Below, piece by piece: positions 16,691 to 24,035 of a stretch of DNA of 32,000 nt (its first letter is position 1; every line of letters starts with the position of its first letter). The notes under the pieces are model-generated. The model made no database searches. It was not told the DNA's origin and saw only the letters and a program-made list of their open reading frames with translations. The stretch is from Ignicoccus pacificus DSM 13166 (GTDB taxonomy: Archaea > Thermoproteota > Thermoprotei_A > Sulfolobales > Ignicoccaceae): NCBI GenBank assembly GCA_025340205.1, contig CP006868.1, positions 1,230,001 to 1,262,000 on the forward strand, given 5' to 3'. The position numbers were made by a program, and so were the translations under genes.

Positions 16691-16997
16691 GACCTACAAG
16701 CTCCTCATGAAGTACTGGAGGGAAGTGGCGGAGAGGGTAGCTGAAACGTGTCTCGATCTCTGCGAGGACTGTGAGGTTTACGTAATTGGAAGCGTCGCCA
16801 GGGGAACGGCAACTGCCCTAAGCGATCTGGACGTCTTGGTAGTCGTTCCTAGGAAGTGTGAGCCGAGAGCTTTGAAGAAAAAGGTTTTGAGGAAGGTAAT
16901 TTGGAATATTCCTTACGATTATCCTTTGAACTTACATATCGTTCAGAAAGGAGAAGAAGAAAAGTGGTTGAGGAAGGGATTCGTGAAGATAAAGTGA
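16683..16997 (+). CDS. Minimal nucleotidyltransferase (MNT, antitoxin-type partner of HEPN)
   Basis: The motif VIGSVARGTATALSDLDVLVVV is the classic GSxxRG...DxD signature. The ATG at 16683 overlaps the reconstructed HEPN stop (ATGGTTGA). The track start at 16647 is probably too early. Confidence 0.8.
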   Translation: MVETYKLLMKYWREVAERVAETCLDLCEDCEVYVIGSVARGTATALSDLDVLVVVPRKCEPRALKKKVLRKVIWNIPYDYPLNLHIVQKGEEEKWLRKGFVKIK

Positions 16998-17003
16998 ACT
17001 CAA

Positions 17004-17171
17004 TCACTTACAGAGCTCTTCGCACATCTCCTTACACTCTCTGACCTCATCTCCGCACTGCTCGAAGCAGTCCACTCCCAGCTCTAGGTTTTCAAGGCAA
17101 TACCTTACGCACCTCTCTCCCGCCCTCTCGCAATCGGCTTGGCAGTTGGATAGACAAAGTAAGGACGTCAC
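17004..17171 (-). CDS. Small cysteine-rich protein (55 aa) with a repeated CxxxC ladder
   Basis: Own translation: VTSLLCLSNCQADCERAGERCVRYCLENLELGVDCFEQCGDEVRECKEMCEELCK. The GTG start is preceded by GAGGTAGAGGTAG (SD-like). Below the ORF-track length cutoff. Confidence 0.4.
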   Translation of the reverse strand: MTSLLCLSNCQADCERAGERCVRYCLENLELGVDCFEQCGDEVRECKEMCEELCK

Positions 17172-17346
17172 CTACCTCTACCTCTAGAATATCTCTTACC
17201 TTGAGCATAATATGCTTTCAAGAGAAGCTGACCTTAGGTACCTTGATACTCTAATAAAAAAGAGGGAAAAGTGAAAGTAACTAAATCGCTATCCTAAATC
17301 ACCTAGACTTTTAGGTAATTATGTGTAGCTTCGCAAGGGTCTCCCT

Positions 17347-17898
17347 TTGTCCCTCTTGGAAGAGCTTCAAAGGAAGGCAAACGAGGAAAGAAAGTATCCA
17401 AACGATCAAGAGTTCTTGGAGAGGAAGGCAATTGATGTCGTTTGCGAAATGATAAAAACAAAAGAGTTACTCGAAGAGGGAGACACAAGGAACGCCGCTG
17501 GCAAGGCCTTCCAAGCTTGGAAGGATCTGCTTTCATGCTTGATCTGCTTGAACTTGGATAAGATAGCAAGAGATGAGAAGGAGAAAGAGTGGTACATCAA
17601 GAGCGGAGTCCTAGTTTCCACAAGCAAGATGAGGAGGCTAGCCCAAAAGCTGGAGGAAATAGGGATACAGAACGTCTTATCATGGACCTCTGTTGCTTTG
17701 GACCTTCACACCTACCAGTACAATGGCCCCGATCCGGATGGTGTGTGGTACGGGCCTAGAGATGAGGAAGAGGCAAGGGAGGACATTAAGCTCTTACTCG
17801 AAGCTACTAAGGAGTACTTGGAGAGGTATGTTCTTCCTAACATTAAGGGAAAGAGCTTGGAGATGATAAGGGAAGGACTGAAGTTGCTTAAGGGTTAA
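17347..17898 (+). CDS. PaREP1-like (HEPN-related helical) protein
   Basis: 183-aa ORF with TTG start. The pattern EEGDTRNAAGKAFQAWKDLLSCL ... ALDLHTYQYNG resembles, from memory, the archaeal PaREP1 family consensus (eG...A..K.w.A ... LH..fY.g). Confidence 0.5.
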   Translation: MSLLEELQRKANEERKYPNDQEFLERKAIDVVCEMIKTKELLEEGDTRNAAGKAFQAWKDLLSCLICLNLDKIARDEKEKEWYIKSGVLVSTSKMRRLAQKLEEIGIQNVLSWTSVALDLHTYQYNGPDPDGVWYGPRDEEEAREDIKLLLEATKEYLERYVLPNIKGKSLEMIREGLKLLKG

Positions 17899-17968
17899 GT
17901 TGCGTTCCTCGTGACCTATCTTCCCTATCTTATTTATAATTACTCCCTCAAGGTTCAGTACGATAGCC

Positions 17969-18697
17969 TTGACTGAGCTCATTTACTACAAGGATCCCTA
18001 CGTGAAGACGTTTGAAGCGAGGGTAGTAAAGGTCCTTCCAGAGGAGAGCGCTATAGTCCTTGACAGAACCGCTTTCTACCCTGAGTCCGGAGGCCAACCC
18101 TACGACACTGGGAGGATAGTTTGGGAGGGAGGAGAGGCAAAGGTAGTCAACGTTCAGTTCAAGGGAGACGAAGTTTATCACTATTTGGAAGGTGCTCTTC
18201 CTCCTGAAGGGAGTATTATTAAAGGAGAGATAGACTGGGACAGGAGATACAAGCTCATGAGATCTCATACCCTAGCTCATCTGCTAATGGCTGCCGTTAA
18301 CGAGAAGTTCAGAGAGAAGGTCCCCGTGGTCGGCTCGGGACTGGGTCTCGAGGAAAGTAGAATGGACTTCAAGGCTAAGATAAAGAAGGACGACCTAAAG
18401 GAAATAGATGACATCATAAGGAAGTGGGTAGAAGAGGGAAGGGAGGTAAAGATACACTTGTTCGAGGACCCTGAGGAAGCCAAGAAGCTCCTAGATAGCT
18501 ACGGCATTCAAGGAGGAGAGCTGACGGAGGAGCACTTACAGAAGAGGCCCATAAGAATAATCGAGATAGTTGGAGTGAACGCCGATCCTTGCGGAGGTAC
18601 CCATTTGAAGAACACGAAGGAGGTAGGAGAATTCAAGTTGGTAAAGAGGGAGAGTAAGGGGAAGGGAGTGACGAGGATAAGGTTCAAGGTCCTTTAG
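17969..18697 (+). CDS. alaX: Alanyl-tRNA editing protein AlaX (AlaRS editing-domain homologue)
   Basis: RTAFYPESGGQPYDTG, HTLAHLL and CGGTHLKNTKEVG are the Thr/Ala-tRNA synthetase second-additional-domain Zn motifs (HxxxH, CxxxH). 242 aa. Confidence 0.9.
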   Translation: MTELIYYKDPYVKTFEARVVKVLPEESAIVLDRTAFYPESGGQPYDTGRIVWEGGEAKVVNVQFKGDEVYHYLEGALPPEGSIIKGEIDWDRRYKLMRSHTLAHLLMAAVNEKFREKVPVVGSGLGLEESRMDFKAKIKKDDLKEIDDIIRKWVEEGREVKIHLFEDPEEAKKLLDSYGIQGGELTEEHLQKRPIRIIEIVGVNADPCGGTHLKNTKEVGEFKLVKRESKGKGVTRIRFKVL

Positions 18698-19010
18698 CTA
18701 AGACCTCTAGTGCTTTCTCCAGCAATTTAGAGGGCACCAAGACGTAATCCCTCTCGAAGCTAGCATAGACCATTATCGGAATCCCCGCCTTCGCTAGCTT
18801 CCTAGATACCTCTGCCAAGAACCCTACAGTGCTCGGATCCATCTCTTCGCTCACCAACGCCTTGTAAGGCCCTATGCACTCTCCCACTTTTTCTTCGCTA
18901 ACGATCGTTATCATTCCACTAAGATCATTCACCAAAGCCAAGAACTTTATATCCCTGGGTATCATGGAGACCCGGCAAATCCAGTACTCCCCTTCCATAG
19001 GTCTCAGCAA
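18684..19010 (-). CDS. ACT-domain (ACT_7-like) small regulatory protein
   Basis: VGFLAEVSRKLAKAGIPIMVYASFERDYVLVPSKLLEKALEVL is typical of stand-alone ACT-like domains. The 3' end overlaps alaX by 14 nt. Confidence 0.65.
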   Translation of the reverse strand: MLRPMEGEYWICRVSMIPRDIKFLALVNDLSGMITIVSEEKVGECIGPYKALVSEEMDPSTVGFLAEVSRKLAKAGIPIMVYASFERDYVLVPSKLLEKALEVLAKGP

Positions 19011-19214
19011 AGCTCGATCCTCGCGGTACGAGTACCCACACCCTTTACTTCCTTAGCAAGAAGAGAACTGAGAGGTCGTTACCTTACCTTCTCATCATAG
19101 GTCAGTGGAGGTGCATGATCTCATCCCTCCGATTCCTCAAAACCAACCTTCCGTCCTCCCAAATCTTGAGGCTCAGTTATTAATGCCTTCGAGCGGTGGG
19201 AATGAGGGTTCAGT

Positions 19215-20276
19215 ATGTTCCTATTCTGGGGAATTAGCTACTTCATTGAACCGCTGATACTGGCAGTAGTTCTGGCCCTCTTCGTAGGACTGGCCCCGGT
19301 CCTCAGCAAGACTCCCAAGGGAGAGAAGCAGCTGAAACTCTTCATGGCGCTAACGGTGATAGGATATGCAGCAGTACTTTACGCCGGCTACGCTCTACTA
19401 GTAAACTACGCCGGCTACGTGCCGTCTCTAATGGCCTTCGCCTTGATCTTCACTGCATTCGGACTCGTCCAGTACCTAATAGCGCCTTGGCTCATCAACT
19501 TCATGTATGGAGCTAGGCCGGCAGAGGAGGTAGCGCCTTGGTTAAAGGAGAGCGTTGACAGGTTAGCACTAAAGGCTGGATTTAGAAAGCCCCCCAAGGC
19601 TATGGTGGCTGACGTCAACATTCCCAATGCCTTTGCCTACGGGAACTTCCTTACTGGAAAGTACATTGCAGTCACTAGAGGTCTCCTGGAGAGCATGCCG
19701 AGGGAGGAGGTGGAGGCAGTAATAGGTCACGAGCTAGGTCACCACAAGCACAAGGACATCTGGGTCATCCTAGCGCTCTCCCTAGCGCCGATGTTCATCT
19801 ACTACTTGGGAAGGATGCTAATGGAGTGGGGCTTCTGGAGCGGAGCAATGGAAAGAGATAGGGAGAACTCCTCCATGGGCCTCTTCTTCGCTGGAATAAT
19901 ACTGGTGGCTGTTGCTATGATCTTGAACTTCATAATACTCCAATTCAACAGGCTAAGGGAGTACTATGCGGACCTTCACGGGGCTAGGGTAAGGGGCAAG
20001 AGAGAGATGCAGAGAGCCTTAGCAAGGATACATGTGGAAATGGAGAAGTTGAAGTCTAATCCACTTTTGAAGAAAGAGCTCAGCGAGTTCACCGAATCCC
20101 CCGCAAAGATGCTGTTCATCTACGCTTTTGTAAACACCTTCGCAGATCCTTACTATGACATAGATGTGCTAGTGGAGAAGCTGAAGAGGGAGGACGGGAG
20201 CAGCTTCCTAGAGATATTCATGAGCCATCCTCCGATACCCAAGAGGTTAAGGTTCCTGGATACTATAGAGGAGTAA
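19215..20276 (+). CDS. htpX: Zinc metalloprotease HtpX homologue (peptidase M48)
   Basis: Multiple hydrophobic helices, the HELGHHKH zinc motif and a C-terminal SHPPIPKR motif. Confidence 0.9.
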   Translation: MFLFWGISYFIEPLILAVVLALFVGLAPVLSKTPKGEKQLKLFMALTVIGYAAVLYAGYALLVNYAGYVPSLMAFALIFTAFGLVQYLIAPWLINFMYGARPAEEVAPWLKESVDRLALKAGFRKPPKAMVADVNIPNAFAYGNFLTGKYIAVTRGLLESMPREEVEAVIGHELGHHKHKDIWVILALSLAPMFIYYLGRMLMEWGFWSGAMERDRENSSMGLFFAGIILVAVAMILNFIILQFNRLREYYADLHGARVRGKREMQRALARIHVEMEKLKSNPLLKKELSEFTESPAKMLFIYAFVNTFADPYYDIDVLVEKLKREDGSSFLEIFMSHPPIPKRLRFLDTIEE

Positions 20277-20287
20277 TTTTTGAAAAA

Positions 20288-20884
20288 TTAGGAGAGCGGC
20301 ACGAACTTAGTTTTCGGCTCCCCTCCTACGGGGATTACCAAGACGTCTATTCCGTCTCCGGAGAGGCTATCTCTCGAGGTAGCCACCTTAATGGAATCTA
20401 TGGCTAGTTGCTCAGCCTCCTCCAAGCTCATGTCTTCTCTGTAGTTCTTCTCAATTAAGGCTATTGCTAGAGGAGCTCCGGTCCCAGCGGCGGAGTACCT
20501 CTCCTCGACCACGGATCCTACGGGATCTAAGACGTAGATGTGGGCTCCCTCCTTGTCATATCCGCCGAAGACGGTTTCAGTTAACAAGGGGAACATCTTA
20601 TTGGAGTATAGCAACACTCCCAAGAACCTGGCGGCGGACCTAACCTTCATCTCCTTCTTCATGCTTATCTCATAGTACCTAACTTGGTTCTCCAGTATCC
20701 TGCTTATGGTCTGCATGTCAGCGTAGAGGCCCGCACAAGCCATCCCCATCCTGTTCCCTATTTTGAACACCTTCCTTATTGCCTTACTCATTATAAATCC
20801 TCCATAACTCATCCTCTTCTCAGCTGCTAGGACCACTCCATCCTTGACCTTTATCCCAACAGCCGTCGCTCCGAGGCCGTTCAC
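20288..20884 (-). CDS. psmB: Proteasome subunit beta (variant with Ala at the position of catalytic Thr1)
   Basis: GATAVGIKVKDGVVLAAEKR aligns to the canonical G|TTTVG..KDGVV.A.EKR, and the fold-typical AAGTGAPLA is present. GTG start. Confidence 0.9.
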   Translation of the reverse strand: MNGLGATAVGIKVKDGVVLAAEKRMSYGGFIMSKAIRKVFKIGNRMGMACAGLYADMQTISRILENQVRYYEISMKKEMKVRSAARFLGVLLYSNKMFPLLTETVFGGYDKEGAHIYVLDPVGSVVEERYSAAGTGAPLAIALIEKNYREDMSLEEAEQLAIDSIKVATSRDSLSGDGIDVLVIPVGGEPKTKFVPLS

Positions 20885-20944
20885 GTTTCCTTACCCCTTG
20901 AAGGGACGGCGGAACGGTTATGACTTTAAGAGGTGTTGAGGAGC

Positions 20945-21346
20945 TCAACAGCTCATAGAAGGGTAAAGGACTCCAAGCCTTCGATCTAAGGTCACCAAGT
21001 AATCCACCTTGTAGGTCTTAGCTACTTGGAGCAAGGTAGAATCTGTAAAGCTCAGCGCGGGGGCTCTTTCCTTGTATATCTCCCACGCCTTTATTACTAT
21101 ATCAAGCGTTGTGGGAATCACTCTGAAGGCGTTCTTTTCGAAGAAGAGGGATCCGAGCTTGAGGCATCCCTCCCTTCCGAGTCTCCGAGAGGCGTAGCTT
21201 AGGACCTCGTCTATTACGTAATCGGTAACCGCCGGAACCCCTAGTTCCCCCTTCAGTATCCTTACCATGAGTCTCTTACACTTACTGTGGTTAACATCCC
21301 TCTTGTTGAAAGCCGCTAATATGACACCAGTGTCTAAGAGGATCAA
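20945..21346 (-). CDS. vapC: PIN-domain ribonuclease toxin VapC
   Basis: MILLDTGVILA (first acidic residue), DYVIDEV, FTDSTLL and LVTLDRRL. 133 aa. There is a 4-nt overlap with the upstream small gene. Confidence 0.85.
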   Translation of the reverse strand: MILLDTGVILAAFNKRDVNHSKCKRLMVRILKGELGVPAVTDYVIDEVLSYASRRLGREGCLKLGSLFFEKNAFRVIPTTLDIVIKAWEIYKERAPALSFTDSTLLQVAKTYKVDYLVTLDRRLGVLYPSMSC

Positions 21347-21606
21347 GAGTAGAGCACCTCGTCCACCTCCTCCGAGGACTTCTCCGGTCCCTCGAAGGAG
21401 AGCTCCTCCAGCACCTCCTCCGCGCTCTCCAAGGGTCTCCAGAGGCCGAGCCTTACCTTGAGCTTCTCCAAGTCCTCACTGGCTACATCAACGATAGCGT
21501 CAATGAGCTCCACTAACTTCACCTTCCTTCCCGTCTCCAGCGTCAGCCTAGCTTGCATCTCCTCCAATCTCCTCTTCGCCCTCCTGCTCACCTTTATGCT
21601 CTCCAC
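21343..21606 (-). CDS. vapB: VapB-type antitoxin
   Basis: 87-aa ORF overlapping the vapC start (ATGA). The N-terminal IKVSRRAKRRLEEMQARL...LVELIDAIV resembles archaeal VapB antitoxins. Confidence 0.7.
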   Translation of the reverse strand: MESIKVSRRAKRRLEEMQARLTLETGRKVKLVELIDAIVDVASEDLEKLKVRLGLWRPLESAEEVLEELSFEGPEKSSEEVDEVLYS

Positions 21607-21902
21607 TTTTCCACCATTTCTACTTCTCTTCCAAAATTCCTTTAGAAGCTAACTCCTACTTTACTTGGAAAGTGAAAGAATGGAATTTAATTAGAAGAAG
21701 TGAGTTATCCAGACCAGGAGTTATCCCTGAAGGAACCCCCAATCTGTCCCTACTTCGAGCCCCGGAAGGACTTCTACGAGCGTCATGAAAGAGACGTCGA
21801 AAGCGTAAAGGAAATCCTGGAAAGGGAAGGTTCGATATAAGGAGAATGAGCATAGGCTAGGTCGTACCTATGGAATCTCTCAAACTCTATCTATGGCCGA
21901 GA

Positions 21903-22823
21903 TTACCAAACCCCAGCTCTCAAGTACCTAAAGGCGGTCAGACCAGCGGTATAGCCTTGAGCGGCCGCCACCAAGATCCTCTTCGGAGCGGGGGTTATGT
22001 CGCCGGCGGCCAGAACTCCCTTCACGTTCGTTTTCATCTTATCATCCACCACTATTTCCCTTCCTCTCATCACCACTCCTAGATCCTTTATCCAGCTTAA
22101 GTCTGGAGGTTCGTAGCCTATGAGGAATATCAAGTGATCCAAGGGAAGTATTTGCTGGTTCCCTTCCTTATCGACAACTCTTACTGCTATAGCTAATCCG
22201 TTCTTTGCTATTATCTCTTGAACCACGCTGTTGAGGACGAGCTTTACCCCCGCTTTTATCATCTTTTCAACGCTCCTCTTCGGAGCCCTGAACTGATCCC
22301 TTCTATGAACTATCGTCACCTCAGCTCCGGCTTGGGCTAAGGCTGTGGCGGTGTCTACAGCAGTATCACCTCCTCCCACCACCACGACCTTCTTCCCGGC
22401 GAACTCCTTGGGATCCCTGACGGTGTAGTGAACGTTTGGAAGGTCCTCGTTAGGAAGTCCCATCCTCCTAGGCCTCCCGAGTATTCCTATTGCTATTATT
22501 AGAACCTTGGTCTGGTAGATGTTTTTGGTAGTTTCAACTATTATCATTTCATCCTCCTTTCTAGCTTTTATGACTCTCTCTTGTTCCCTCACTTCAAATC
22601 CGAAGAACTTTATCATGTTATCAAAGGCTTTAGCTATCTCTATAGCCGGCTTTCCGTCGAAACCGGGGTAGTTCTCCACGGGCTTCCAAGCGTAGGAGTA
22701 GACGGTGGCCATCGTCTTTTCGGCCTCGAGTACTAATGGCTCTACTCCGTACTGCTTGAGGGTGCTGGCTGCCGTAAGGCCAGCCGGACCCCCGCCTACT
22801 ATTATTACGTCCCTCTTCTCCAT
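21903..22823 (-). CDS. FAD/NAD(P)-dependent oxidoreductase, thioredoxin-reductase-like but lacking any cysteine
   Basis: DVIIVGGGPAGLTAA (FAD), VVVVGGGDTAVDTA (NAD(P)H) and AAGDIT. The whole translation has no CxxC and no Cys at all. The ATG at 22823 is preceded by GAGGTGAT (strong SD), so the track TTG at 22844 is unlikely. Confidence 0.85.
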   Translation of the reverse strand: MEKRDVIIVGGGPAGLTAASTLKQYGVEPLVLEAEKTMATVYSYAWKPVENYPGFDGKPAIEIAKAFDNMIKFFGFEVREQERVIKARKEDEMIIVETTKNIYQTKVLIIAIGILGRPRRMGLPNEDLPNVHYTVRDPKEFAGKKVVVVGGGDTAVDTATALAQAGAEVTIVHRRDQFRAPKRSVEKMIKAGVKLVLNSVVQEIIAKNGLAIAVRVVDKEGNQQILPLDHLIFLIGYEPPDLSWIKDLGVVMRGREIVVDDKMKTNVKGVLAAGDITPAPKRILVAAAQGYTAGLTAFRYLRAGVW

Positions 22824-22828
22824 AATTA

Positions 22829-23692
22829 TCACCTCATAGAACAAGTTAACCTAACTACTTGAGTGTCATTTAAGAGATAGCCCAAGAGGGCCACAAACCT
22901 AGCGCAAGGAGATCGCGGAAGAGCATTACCTTGAGGATTTTGTACTAAGTAACAAGCGTGAGGGAGCCAAGGGTAAGAAGGTCCTATTCCCTTAGGACAG
23001 GGGGCGGTGGCGTTAGGTAAGGGGAAGTCCTTCTTGCAACCGCTCAAGGATAAGTAGTACTGCGCCATCTCATATGCTAGAGCTTCGCTCAGCTTGTTCA
23101 CTATAGGTATAGTCATGTTAGCTAGCTTGGCATTGAACGTGCCGGGCAAGTTCGCTAAAACTTGCTTTATCCTCTGTGCCTCAGTTCTCAAATTGCTGTA
23201 CAAGTACACGTAGAGGACCCTAGAGGTATTGGAACATCCCTTTCCTCTGACCGCTAGTTTAAAGGAGCTGAAGGCGGCGGAGGAGAGGAGCTCCCCTATC
23301 CTCGTGAGCCTCTCGCTGTAGGAGTTGAGGTACTTTAGTTTCATGAAATTGATCAATTCCAAGGCTCTGTAGGCATAAGCGAAGGAAGCCAGGTAATAGG
23401 CAGAGGCCAAGGTCCTATTACCTAGGACGTAATATCCATCTGCCTTATCTGCTAACTCCTTGCTTATCTTGAAGTCTTTTTTCAATTCGTTGAGAAGAAT
23501 TTTTTGATAATCATTGTGGGCCTTTAAGATTACTATCTCTGCACTCACCTTCGCTCTGTAGACTTGAGAGAGCACCTTTATTGAGGTGACCCACTCGTCC
23601 TTCCACGGTATCGTAATGTTCTTTATCGTCTGGGGGTTGCAAGCAGCCATTGCTATGGCCATCAACATTAGGATCGCTGCCGCCCACTTCAA
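22829..23692 (-). CDS. Secreted/lipoprotein-like hypothetical protein
   Basis: The N-terminus MKWAAAILMLMAIAMAAC is a signal peptide with a Cys after an Ala-rich end. The stop overlaps the SD of the downstream flavoprotein gene. Confidence 0.6.
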   Translation of the reverse strand: MKWAAAILMLMAIAMAACNPQTIKNITIPWKDEWVTSIKVLSQVYRAKVSAEIVILKAHNDYQKILLNELKKDFKISKELADKADGYYVLGNRTLASAYYLASFAYAYRALELINFMKLKYLNSYSERLTRIGELLSSAAFSSFKLAVRGKGCSNTSRVLYVYLYSNLRTEAQRIKQVLANLPGTFNAKLANMTIPIVNKLSEALAYEMAQYYLSLSGCKKDFPLPNATAPCPKGIGPSYPWLPHACYLVQNPQGNALPRSPCARFVALLGYLLNDTQVVRLTCSMR

Positions 23693-23740
23693 AGTCCACT
23701 ACCGTGGGACCCATGTGTAACGCAGTACTTATGACTTAGC

Positions 23741-23893
23741 TCACCTCATGCAACGTTCATTGTTAATTAGAGATAGGGAAACTGCGCTATCGCGAAAGGT
23801 CATCAGATCACCCATCTTCATCAAAGCCACAATTATCCCTATTACAATGCTTATCCACATGGAAGCCACTAGCCCTATCATCCACTTGAGCAT
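23741..23893 (-). CDS. Small membrane protein candidate (50 aa)
   Basis: Own translation: MLKWMIGLVASMWISIVIGIIVALMKMGDLMTFRDSAVSLSLINNERCMR. A canonical TATATAAA box (23919-23926) ends 25 nt upstream of the ATG. Same strand as both neighbours. Below the track cutoff. Confidence 0.45.
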   Translation of the reverse strand: MLKWMIGLVASMWISIVIGIIVALMKMGDLMTFRDSAVSLSLINNERCMR

Positions 23894-24035
23894 TGAATTT
23901 ATTTCCTTCCTAAGCTTCTTTATATACTCATTAATTACGGTTGCTTTACTTTGAATCCAAGGCTATTTCGTCCGCTATTTGATCGGGGAGGTAAGGTTGT
24001 TTTCAAGGATTTTTGGTCAGGAGAAGCAAAATAGC

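Noticed and set aside
19011-19214. A 200-nt gap upstream of htpX, scanned for C/D-box or other sRNA signatures (TCATCAT at about 19093).
   Set aside because: No matching D box or second box pair lies at appropriate spacing on either strand.
21267-21461. 64-aa Pro/Arg-rich plus-strand ORF.
   Set aside because: It is antisense to the vapC/vapB junction, and its composition is the mirror of the Glu/Leu-rich antitoxin coding strand.
21700-21840. 46-aa GTG-initiated plus-strand ORF (VSYPDQELSLKEPPICPYFEPRKDFYERHERDVESVKEILEREGSI) in the 296-nt gap upstream of vapB.
   Set aside because: The peptide looks protein-like. However, the start follows a stop almost directly, there is no SD, and no TATA box lies at the usual 25-29 nt. 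It cannot be supported without comparative data.
21656-22082. ORFs at 21656-21853 (minus) and 21870-22082 (plus).
   Set aside because: Both are short with odd composition. The second is antisense to the 3' end of the flavoprotein gene. Neither has signals.
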